A DNA stretch of 64,000 nt from Octopus vulgaris (Eukaryota). The notes beneath the pieces were generated by a model. That model saw only the letters and a program-made list of their open reading frames with translations, searched no databases and had not been told where the DNA came from. Made by a program: the position numbers and the translations under genes. The stretch is taken from positions 88,350,001 through 88,414,000 of the forward strand of contig OX597820.1 in assembly GCA_951406725.2 (NCBI GenBank), in the 5' to 3' direction. This document shows positions 52,562 to 64,000 of this stretch, piece after piece (positions within the stretch are counted from its first letter, which is position 1; every line of letters begins with the position of its first letter).

Positions 52562-53710
52562 AAATACACAACCTTGTTCCAATGCACGTCTAAATACGTC
52601 TTTGTATTCTGCGGGCGTAGGAGAGGTATCGAGAAAAGGTGTCTTACTAGCTGTCGACTCCTCTTACGTGGTAATCCAGGCAAGGTAGTACAGGAAAACA
52701 TTTTGGGGTGTGAAGTTCTTGGATAGTAGATGTGGAGCGGTTTTTGAACACAAGAATATTTGCGGTCGTGCTAGATATGTTCTCCATTAGTAACTGCCCT
52801 AGCAAAAATTCGAGGAAACACTGCAAGCATATATTTGCTTCGTCGAGTGCCGAGTTGTAGCCCCATCGACTTTCCCTAGTTGACCTGTGTTCTCGTACAC
52901 CCCTGGTATTCCTCCACTTAAGTGTCGACTCCTTCTGTTTCCAAAGTGTCCGACATCACAATTATTATAACACCAACAGTGACCTCTAGAAAAGCTGCAA
53001 TAAGAGCAAATTTAGGATCTTGTCTGCTTGGCAGCCACTTTTCATTTTCTTCAACTTTTGTTCCGATTGATTTCTTATTTGGTGCATTGTGAAGTTTTGA
53101 CGTGTAATTCATTTTCGCTATAAATAAATAAAGAGTTAATAGCTTTTAAAGTTTGTAAATTTTGGGTAATTTTAGCCAACCGAAAACCACAGACATATAG
53201 GTGCCTCTTTCCATAGTAACAAGCCAAGCTGCTTACCATGTATTCTTTTTGTCGCTTATTAATGCTTAAAACACGTGATATGAGATGTGGTAAAAATAAC
53301 AGCTAAATAGGCTTTAAATCACGCATGAATTTCTTTTTGCTTTGTTTTTGCATAATCGTATGAATTCCCGTGTGTAGAATACAAATTTACAAATTTTTTC
53401 TGAAAATTCCAAAAAAATAAAAAAAGTTATATGTCATGTGTAAAGTAAAATTCCGCCAATATTTCATCTGTTTACAGTTGACAACACGTGCTGTCATGCA
53501 CAAAATGACAGCCTCCAAATCCTGTTTCCTGACTGGGTAACAATTATCAAATTTTAAATCTCTATAACTATTTAAAACATTTTTTTCTGGAAAAAGGGTA
53601 TTATCTCCTGAGATTCGGCGTGAGAAATTACATCAATACACCAAATTTTAAAATGTTCACTAAACTTTAAAATTTCCACAAGTGCAACCAAACGGAAAAA
53701 GATCTCAAAT

Positions 53711-53935
53711 TTAACCCCCTTAGCATTAAAAACAGCCATATCTGGCCAAAATATTCAATTTGTTTTATGTGGAAACTGGCCAGATCCGGCCGCTCACCCC
53801 ATCCCTACAATGTCATTCTAAAACTAAATAATTGTAGTATCAAAATCTTTGAGCTACACGATAATGTATGATTAATTCGAAACAATATAAATAAACATTG
53901 CATTTGACGGAATAATCTGAATACTAAAAGGTTAA
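53711..53935. mobile_element. piggyBac-type MITE
   Basis: TTAA|cccccttagcatt ... aatactaaaagg|TTAA. Confidence 0.75.
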
Positions 53936-54064
53936 TCATTAATACGAAAGACAAAATAGAAGGGGAACAACAGTTACTACAAACAATAGCAAGAGCAAGA
54001 ATAACAACAAAAGGTTCAAACGCGGCAGAAACAAAGTCACTAGAAGCCTGTTGGAGGAATTGGC

Positions 54065-54376
54065 AACTGGCACTTGGTTATGACGACGAGGGTTCTAGTT
54101 GATCCGATCAATGGAACAGCCTACTCGTCAAATTAACGTGCAAGTGGACGAGCACTCCGGAAACACGTGTACCCATCAGGAGATTTAGCGTGACACAGAG
54201 TGTGCCAAGGCTGGCCCTTTGAAATGCAGGTCCTCTTTTCATTTTTACCAGCCGAGTGGACTGGAGCAACGTGAAATAAAGCGTCATACTCAAGGATACA
54301 GCGCATCTCCGGCAATTGAACTCACGACCTTACGATCGTAAACCGAATGCCCTAACCACTAAGCCACGCACCTTTA
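54065..54376 (-). mobile_element. CORE-type SINE (head B-like) with tail 1
   Basis: Reverse complement of the 33078-type element. Confidence 0.85.
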
Positions 54377-54593
54377 CTGAATGAATTAACACAAACCAAA
54401 AAAAAAAAGCAAGACCATCTGTAACAAGAAATACTATTCTTCTATAGAAACCACTTCTACAGAAGAAATTTCGGGACAAATCGCTGCAGGAAACTCCGAT
54501 ATTTCATACTGTAGCAAAGGGTTGAAGACTAAATTGTCAAAAAGGCACTAAGGAGAGTCTGCAGTCATTAAAACCAAGATAATTAATAATATC

Positions 54594-54627
<34 letters not shown>

Positions 54628-54671
54628 TCATCACTACTATCACATAGAACAACAGCAGCAATAACACTTGT

Positions 54672-55007
54672 TGACCCCCTTCGGTCACGACACTGACCAT
54701 GGGATTGCACCGAGAAAGTTACCCTCCTAGTCACAAGTCTGGGCAAGGTGGTTTATGGAAGACCAGCAGTCGCCCATGCATACCGGCCTCCCCTCTCCAC
54801 GTCACCAGTGTCATCCAAGGGAAAGGCAAATGCCGATACAGCTTGGCACCTGTGACGTCGCAACTCATTTCTACAGCTGAGTGAACTGGAGCAACGTGAA
54901 ATAAAGTGTCTTGCTCAAGAACACAACATGCAACCCGGTCTGGGATTCGAGCTCACAACCTCACGATCGTAAGCTCGACGCTCTAACCATTGAGCCATGC
55001 GCCTTCA
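54672..55007 (-). mobile_element. CORE-type SINE (head B) with tail 3, full length
   Basis: Reverse complement of the 16889/22635 family. Confidence 0.9.
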
Positions 55008-55502
55008 CTAACAACGCAGCAATAACAACCATCATAAAAACTAACAAAAGGTCTAGATCAGTCAACAATCCAGACATTCACTGTCGATCAACATACGAAG
55101 ATGATGGTGGTGGTGGTGGTGATGATGATGATTATAATGATGATGATGGCAAATAGTGAAAAATGACACCAAATGTCTATAAAGGGATAAGGGTACTCTT
55201 TTTACGAGGATGTGAGGTGGGGGGTTATTTCGTGGAAGCACAACAGAGCTCTTTATGAATCCGCTTGGGGAACTGGACCCTAAACAACTTACTTTACCCT
55301 CGCTTCTCTACATATCTCTTTTTCTCATTCTCTCTTTCTCTTCCTTTTCTCCTTAACTCTGATTAAGAGTTTAGTGAGATTAGGATGCATGCATGGTGGG
55401 TTCTGAAAGCAGGGTCACCAACTGAAGAATATAAGAATAACTGACAACGATTTTATACCTCTTTCGGTCCCCTAGGATCGAGAGGTGTGGATTTAGTTTT
55501 CA

Positions 55503-55566
<64 letters not shown>

Positions 55567-55672
55567 GGTGTATAAATGAATGAGATTGCAATACTCCCCC
55601 TGAACTGGACGCCGGTCCATCGCAGATTTAACTTCCCAGCTATGGTTGGAACTCATTGTCAGTGGACTTGAG

Positions 55673-55861
55673 CAGTGCTCCGCAACCTTTTTTTTTAACT
55701 TGCGGTACACTTATATTCTTTTCAAAATTCAGCGGTACACCTGAACTAAAACTATGACAAAATGTACAGGGAAAAAAATTATATTCAGGTTACATTGCGG
55801 CACACCTAGCACCGTCTCGTGGAACACCAATGTGCCGCAGCATGCCGGTTGCGGAGCACTG
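55673..55861. mobile_element. hAT MITE (189 bp) nested in a minus-strand CORE SINE (about 55580-55975)
   Basis: Perfect 15-bp TIRs cagtgctccgcaacc / ggttgcggagcactg; 8-bp TSD gacttgag / gactagag. Confidence 0.9.
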
Positions 55862-56176
55862 GACTAGAGCAACGTGAAGTGTGTTGCTCAAGAAAACAAC
55901 GTGTCGCTTAGTTCGAGAGTCGAAATCATGATATTATGATCATGAGTGCAATAACCTAACCCCTAGACCATGCTTTTCAAATAGGGTGGTAAAAAAAAGA
56001 GACGAATGTGTATAATGTAGTGCTAGGAGAAGATGAGATAGTATGGTCTTTAGAAGTGAGCCCTTCAACAAAGCATTGGAAAGTATTGTGGAAAAGACAG
56101 AATCAAAGAAGGAAGGAAAGGGGAGGGAGAATTAACTAAATAAAGGATGAGGACAAGACTAAGAAAGAGAGGGAAA

Positions 56177-56230
<54 letters not shown>

Positions 56231-57594
56231 TGAGAGATGGAGAGAGAGAGAATCAGTGGTTTTAGACAGTATAGTTACGGTAATTCTCTGAAACCGGTGA
56301 TCGTTTATTCCTCCCTACAGGGATCGGTCATCCAGTCTTCTTCAGATGTCTGAAAATAATGTTCATGACATCCCATTTATCAGCGTTAGCAGGGGGTGTT
56401 GGCAGGGGACTGATTTAGATGCTCATATAGGGAATAGGTGCTTAGAAGATTGGGTATAAAAGCCTCCGGAGATAGGGCGTAAAAGTTTCCGGAGACAGTT
56501 GCAATTGTCTGACAGAAATCTGGTTGATTTTCCGATTGCGTCAATGTGGAAATGTACGAAGTACTGTAGGTCATTCAAGTTGTATTTAGATGACTTCGTA
56601 CCAAGTTTAGTGGATAGAGATAGCGTTGGGCGTTCACAGTTTTAGGTTATTGGCTACACCTACCATATGTTTGTTATATTAGACAAAACAATGAGCTATT
56701 GTAAATAACAGATGTTAGGTATGTGGATGTAATAGGAAAGAAAGAAATTAAATTAGGATTTATTAGTTTTAGAAAGGACCTCGAAGCAGATTGTACTGAA
56801 TTAGTGAAAAAGTTAGGCAGACTAGGAGAGACTTGACAAAAGATATTACACTCAATATGATTGCAGTATTTTACCATTTTCATTCGAACGCTAAAACTGA
56901 AAACTGCAAATAAAGTAGATCGATTTGGTCATTGTTCTAGTAAAGAGGTTGGCTCTTGTTTCATGTCATCGGGCCCGCATAGTCTTCACTTTATGCGATA
57001 CACCATGGTGGTTTTAATTCTGCCTCGAAAGGTTAAATTACTATCATACAGTGGTATTTACTCGGTAGTCAAAACTATTTAGCGTTAAGCATACAAATGG
57101 GCATAGTGTTAAATAGTTTGACAGTGCATTTTTCATGTAATTAAAGTTTTTCACTGAAGTTTTTAATGTCATTTACATTTCACGTTGTAAACAAGAAGTT
57201 AATAAGAGAAAATAGTAACAGTAGGCCCTGGGGCGTCTATTCTTTTGTTTCTGATGGAAAGATTAGGTGTCTTTGATCAGAAAGTCTACCTGTCGCCATA
57301 ACCAATTCCAGAGGGATCTGGAAATGACAAGTCCGAGTCAATTATACTTGCCAAGATTCCTTGACAGGTGTGGTCGTTTATTTCTCAACTGTATTTACTC
57401 GAATTTAGTCTCTTTGATTAAGACGAAAACTTCGATCAAGCGTAAACCAATGGTTTTAGCATCTAGAAGAGTGTTTTTAATAGGGAAGCGGCCCCAATTT
57501 AGGCAGGGTCTAGGAGGAAAGAAAAGGGACCGAATAAATTGCTATGTTTAATAGTATCAAGATGGTTTTAACCTTTATACACTTGTCGAACCCT

Positions 57595-58050
57595 ATGGCG
57601 AAGAACATAAGATACTGTGAGATTTTACAATCCAGTGTAACTCTCAAATCGAGACTCGGAGATCAGATATTGTTGTGGTAGATAGGGAAAGAAAGGAAAT
57701 CAAGATCATAGATATTGCAATACCTGGAGTGACAAAGAACTAGAAAAGATTGAAAAGTACAGACTACTAAAAGACGAGATTGCAAGAACGTGGACTATGA
57801 GGAGAGTGTCTGTCATTCCAGTAGGGGCACTCCGAGCACTAACAACCAAGTTCGAGGAGTTATGTCAAAGAAATTGGAATTGACATGAGAGCAGAGCAAG
57901 CCCAAAAATCTGCTCTGTTGGGGACAACTAGAATTTTGAGGTTGGTACTTGGATGTTGAATGTCTGTCACGATAATTAACAACCAAGTATCAAAGCTTAT
58001 AATGTGTGGAAAAAAAGACCCTGTGAGACCTCTGGCAGCAAGCTACTGTT
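57595..58050 (+). pseudogene. R4/Dong-like retrotransposon 3' end (PD..D-type restriction-like endonuclease)
   Basis: KIL*DFTIQCNSQIETRRSDIVVVDRERKEIKIIDIAIPG / KELEKIEKYRLLKDEIARTWTMRRVSVIPVGAL / QKSALLGTTRILRLVLGC*. Confidence 0.88.
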
Positions 58051-58555
<505 letters not shown>

Positions 58556-58639
58556 ACTGTTTTTTTCTTTTCGTTAATAAAGCGGGGAAGACGAGCTTGG
58601 CAGTATCAGTAGTGTTAATTAAAATAGCTTTGGGTTAGT

Positions 58640-59112
58640 GAGCGAGCTGACAGAATCGTTAGCACATAGGCAAAATGCTTAGCAGCATTTCGTTCGTCTT
58701 GACGATTTTAGTTCAAATTCCACTGAGGTCGACTTTGCCTTTTATGCTTTCGGAGCCAATAAAATAAGTACCAGTTGAACACTGGGGTCAATTGCATTCC
58801 TGGCCTTGTACCAATGTTTGAAAACAATAAAGAGGGGAACAAAAACGTCACCGATATATTTTTTGCAGGATACTTGCTTGTTATTAGCAGAATCGTTAGC
58901 ACGTCGGGCGAAATGCTTAGCGGTATTTCGGCTGCCGTTACGTTGTGAGTTCAAATTCCGCCGAGGTCGACTTTGCCTTTCATCCTTTCGGGGTCGATAA
59001 ATTTAGTACCAGTTAAGCACTGGGGTCGATATAATCGATTTAATACCTATGTCTGTCCATGTTTGTCTCCTCTATGTTTAGCCCCTTGTGGGTAATAAAG
59101 AAATAGGTATTT
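58640..59112 (+). mobile_element. Two family A SINEs (58640-58830 and 58885-59112)
   Basis: cagaatcgttagcac..gttcaaattcc..gtcgactttgccttt; the second ends aaagaaataggtattt. Confidence 0.88.
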
Positions 59113-59954
59113 GTCAGACTTAGAACCATATACCTCGAGTATTGCCAGGTCATCACAGTGCTCTACCAATTAGTTGATGGAATGTTCACCTTTATATTCT
59201 GTGGAAGATGCTATTTACAACCCCAAAATCTGTAATTATATACCGTATATTAATATACCGTAGAATTTTGAGACAAAATAGAAAATAAACTATTATTGTT
59301 GCTATACATATATACATGGTGTGTGTGTGTGTGTGTGTCTATACATACATACACATATACATATATGCATACATACATGCATACACACACACACATATAT
59401 ATATATGTATACATATATACATAATACATACATTTATACATACGTAATACATATATATTTATGTATGCATGTATGTAAATATATACATACAGACCTACAT
59501 ATATATATATTCATATACTTATATATACACATACATACATACATACATACATACATACATACATACAAACATACATATATATATATATGTGTGTGTTTGT
59601 GTGTGTGTGTGTGTGTATGTGTGTGTGTGTGTGTGTGTGTCTGTGTGTGTGTGTGTGTTATTAATAACTTCAGCTGTTACTGAGACTGAACAGCCAAATT
59701 AAAGATTCACTGTTGATATCTTATCGACAATACTACCGTGAGTTGGTGGTCAAGACAGCTAACGCTAATATAATCATTGTTTATCAAGGTATAGAGAAAT
59801 ACCTGATGATAAGAATAACATAGCGTGCAGAGGAATGCTTATGTTAATCTTAGTGTTCTGCTTCACTAAAAAGTTAACATATGCTTCGTTAGATTGCAAG
59901 GAGTGATTTCATCTCATTGTACGGATATAAATGGTAATGTGGTAAGCACAGTGT

Positions 59955-60330
59955 GGAATGGAGAGACTGTAGCTTGAAGTACGGGATGAGTGTTGTTTAG
60001 AGAAGAACGGTTATAGTTCGGAGTGGAGCGGCTGTGATTTGAAGTGGAGTGGAATGGAGTGGAGTGAAGTTGAGTGGCCAAATATTGTATAGCTTGAAGT
60101 ATGGGGTGAGTGTACTTTGAGGAGAAGTGGCTATAGTTTGGAGTGTAGAGGCTGTGATTTGGAGTGGAGTGGCCAAAGATTGTGTAGCTTGGAGCAAAGG
60201 GTGAGTATAAATTGAGTAGGAGGGGAGTGGCTATAGTTTGGAGTAGAGCGGTTGTAATTTGGAGTGAAGTGGAGTGTCCAAAGATTGTATTGTGGTGGTC
60301 GTTGTGGAGTTGGACGGCTATAGTTTGAAG
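59955..60330. repeat. Degenerate tandem repeat, about 90-110 bp unit x3-4
   Basis: Recurring gctatagtttggagt..gtgatttggagtggagtggccaaagattgt..tagcttgaagta. Confidence 0.7.
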
Positions 60331-60830
60331 AATAGTGCCTGCAGTGTTAGACAGATAAATCTGTGTGAGGGAGATACAGCCATTTCTAGTTGGTCATCGA
60401 CCACGTTGAGTCTCCCTCCGCTAACTCATATTTCTAGCAGTAAATACTGGGGTCTGACAATGTCCCTATTACGCAGTGTGGTATGTAACTCCCCATCATC
60501 AACATCATCATCATCATCATCATCATCATCAATAAGATCACCATTATCACTACCCACATCACCACAATCGCCACCGCCACCGCCACCACCATCACCACCG
60601 CCGCCGCCGCCACCACCACCACTACCGCCACCGCCGCCATCATCATCTAAGTTTACTGGACGTGTAAAAATTCAAGATAGAGGACAATGTTTTGCTCTTT
60701 CTAAAGATGATCCTTTTACGATTCACACTACGGCTCGGATTTTGTTTGATTTCCATAAAAAGACGAACATGTATAAAGACTATAATGAGCGTGAATCAGA
60801 ACAGAAAAGGATGCTTGATTTTTTTTTCAG

Positions 60831-60855
60831 ATGGTGTCGATCCAGATGACAGCTG
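60831..60855 (+). other. Candidate 25-nt microexon
   Basis: ttgatttttttttcag|ATGGTGTCGATCCAGATGACAGCTG|gtgagt, with consensus acceptor and donor. Confidence 0.35.
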
Positions 60856-61169
60856 GTGAGTTGCATATGAGTCTTTAAGAATCAGATAGGAATAGTGGCG
60901 GCGGTTGTCTAACGATTTGAATGGAAGTTTGTAACAGATAATGGCTGTTATGAGATCAATACTTAGCTGACGGTTATTTGCAAGGGACAGAGTCTTTTTC
61001 CCCGTTTTCTATCTTTATTATATTTGATTGTCAACAATTATTTAATACACTTTATTTCCTCATCACTGAGTGCTGCGTATTCAAGTATGAATTATATGGT
61101 TTCCTTATAACCTTGTTTATCCAAACGTCTATTTTTGTTATTTACCTCTAACAGACTGGTCCCTTTACT

Positions 61170-61260
<91 letters not shown>

Positions 61261-62080
61261 TCGGCTGTATTATGTATGTATGTATGTATGTATGTATGTA
61301 GTGTATGTATAAAGTTGTAGAACCGGACAATAAAATTTCTAGCAATGGTTGTAGTCATCGTAAGCCACAATAAACGCTGATCTAGCACTGTACACACACC
61401 ACGACCAAAGACATCCCAGCCTTATGTTGTTTCGTTGTTTTAATATCTTGATATTGTATACTTCGGATTATATTATCTATCTTTTGTTAAATCAGTTTGA
61501 GGGAGATAAAGCTACTATTTCTGGAAGTTGATCGACCACATAGATACTCCCTCGCTGACCCATATTTCTTTCATTAAGTCCTCGGGTCTGACAACATGTC
61601 ATCATGGCAGACTATTCATAAAGAAATGGATTCATGATTGTCAATAGCCTATTGGCTATGTAGTTAACAGGCTCGCTTTGCGAGGATGTGGTTTCGCATT
61701 TAGTTCAACTGCACGGCATCCCGGGTCGACTAATGTCTTGCGAGTGAATTTGATTGGTCCCAGTGCTTGACTGGTAGTTATTTTATCGACTCCGAAAGGA
61801 TGAAAAGGATAGTTGACATCAGTGGAGTTTGAACTCAATATAAAGTTCCAAGAAATGTCGCTAAGCATTATGTCCGGTGGGGTAACGATTCTACCAGTTC
61901 ACCACCTTATCTACCCTTAATATTAAACTGGTATATATTTAATGTCTTCCAATATTAAACTGGTATATAATCCCACCTTCATTATATATTACTATACTAT
62001 ACATGTATGTATGTATGTATGCATGTATGTATGTATGTATGTACGTATGTAAGTATGTATGTATGTATGTATACACCATT

Positions 62081-62378
62081 TGTGGAGGCCCAGTGGTTAA
62101 GGCAGCGGACTCGCAGTCGGAGGATCGCGGTTTCGATTCCCAAACCGGGCGTTGTGTGTGTTTATTGACCGAAAACACCTAAAGCTCCACAAGGCTCCGG
62201 CAGGGGGTAGTAGTGACCCCTGTTGTACTCTTTCGCCCCAACTTTCTCTCGCTCTTTCTTCCTGTTTCTTGAGTAACGCTGCGATGGACTGGCGTTCCGT
62301 CCAGCTGGGGGGAACACCTACGCCACAGAAACTGGCAAACCGGGCCCGTGAGCCTGGCTAGGCTTGAAAAGGGTGCAT
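62081..62378 (+). mobile_element. SINE head D with tail 2
   Basis: cccagtggttaaggcagcggactcgc..gagtaacgctgcgatggactggcgttccgtccagctgg. Confidence 0.88.
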
Positions 62379-63675
62379 AAAAATGAAAAATAAAAAATAA
62401 TATATACTATTTATTGCATTACTATATATTTAATCAACCCCAAAAGATCAAAAAATAAAGTCGAACCTCACAGTATTCAACTCATATATAACTGGATCCC
62501 ACAAAATAAGTACTATTGGCGGAATGGTTAGAGTGTCAGACCAAATACATTCTTCATTGTTGTATATGTTTGCTGACCTTTAAGTTCAAGTCCTGGCTCT
62601 GGTCAATTTCGTAATTTATCCTATTATAAAAAGCTAATTAAATATTGGAGGATCAGTGTATATAATTCACCTTTTAATGTACTCATATAATACAGTCTAT
62701 AATGCATTATGAAACGCATATTAAATTTATCATGTGATGCACTCATATAATGCAGCATGTAATGCACTTCTGTATTGCACCTATATAATTCATCTTATAA
62801 TGAACATTAAAATGCATCCTGGATAGGAAGGATAATAATTATAATAGAAAACATGCATACACACACACACACACGCACGCACAGAGAAAAAAAATCAATG
62901 GAAAAGAGAGACAAAGAGCGCCTACAACACCAGCAATGGCTACAACAACTACAACAATAACAACAACTAAAATAAGAACAACTACAACAGCAACACAAAC
63001 AGAACAGCGATAAGACAGTGTAACTCTCAACAGCTCAAAACGACAGCAGCAACAGCAGCGTGCCAGGTGTTAGGCTAAACTAGAGTCTATCATAATACAT
63101 TTTTCTAATTTGTTGGTTTTTGTTATTGTCCGAACATTTTGCTTTCTCTCTGTCATCGGACACGTGTATTGGCGCAGAGACTTGCTGGTGTGTTCACAGT
63201 GTGTTGTTTCCATGTGTTGTTTCATCACAATAGAAATCTGGCCGATACTTGTACGTAATGCTTGCTTAGCTGTTGCTCGTAAGAGAGTGTTACCTGGTAG
63301 CAAGTATCACACTTTCGCTAATTAATTTTCTGCGCTTATGTAGTTGCGGGTAGACAAAGCCATCTTTTCGGCCAACCTCGTTTTTTATCCAGTGGAACAT
63401 CAAGAGTGTAACAATTAGCTGGTGTTCATTTTCAGCTGTTTGGACTGGAGCAATGAGAAATTATACTCCTTGAGAAAGGACACAACACGCTGCCCGGCTC
63501 GGGAATCGAACCCATAACCTTATGTTCGTGACATTTTAGTTATTTACCCACGCACCTTCACATTATTAGACATTAATAGACGGATGTAAACATCTTGACA
63601 TTAATAGACGGATGCAAACACCTTATTCATATATAAGCTATCTTCGCGGATAATAAAAAAAGACGGTTCAATACC

Positions 63676-63908
63676 TATTTCTTTACTACCTACAAGGAGC
63701 TAAACACAGAGAGGACAAACAAGGACAGACAAACGGATTAAGTCGATTATATCGATCCCAGTGCGTAACTGGTACTTATTTAATCGACCTCGAAAGGATG
63801 AAAGGCAAAGTCGACCTCGGCGGAATTTGAACTCAGAACGTAGCGGCAGTTGAAATACCGCTAAGCATTTCGCCCGGCGTGCTAACGCTTCTATCAGCTC
63901 GTCGCCTT
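63676..63908 (-). mobile_element. Family A SINE, full length, with 16-bp TSD
   Basis: TSD aagacggttcaatacc on both sides (about 63660-63676 and 63909-63925). Confidence 0.93.
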
Positions 63909-64000
63909 AAGACGGTTCAATACCGGGTTTCATTAGGTTGTCGAAGACCCGTTTGGATTGTTCACGGTGACTGTGACAGTAACAATGCTTATAAACCTAG

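Noticed and set aside
60274-60849. 191-aa ORF with a poly-proline stretch (formin/WASP-like)
   Set aside because: Built from CAT/CCA/CCG microsatellites, starts at GTG inside a tandem repeat, and has no recognisable domain.
63283-63316. Short imperfect hairpin gagagtgttacctg..caagtatcacactttc
   Set aside because: Too short and imperfect for a pre-miRNA, and expected by chance.

Overview
AT-rich, microsatellite-dense animal non-coding DNA (intron or intergenic). The SINE families look like those of octopus or other cephalopods, which is an inference from recognition and not from a search. There is no intact protein-coding gene, RNA gene or CRISPR array, and most ORF-track entries are simple-repeat artefacts. 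The window is a mosaic of about 40 tRNA-derived SINE copies in at least 5 families, decayed DNA transposons (mariner, Tc1-like, Tigger/pogo, Chapaev3-like, hAT and piggyBac-type MITEs) and retrotransposon fragments (Penelope-like, RTE, L1/Tx1-like, two R4/Dong-like 3' ends). Four signals stand out. (i) About 10 minimal hammerhead-ribozyme motifs occur in several short repeat families, including a near-intact one inside a B-box-bearing SINE-like element at 58.4 kb. (ii) SINE multimers are joined head-to-tail at a fixed internal motif, suggesting self-targeted insertion or a circular template. (iii) SINE heads and tails are shuffled as modules. (iv) There are several local inverted duplications and templated insertions. 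A few candidate small exons of an unknown host gene are also noted.
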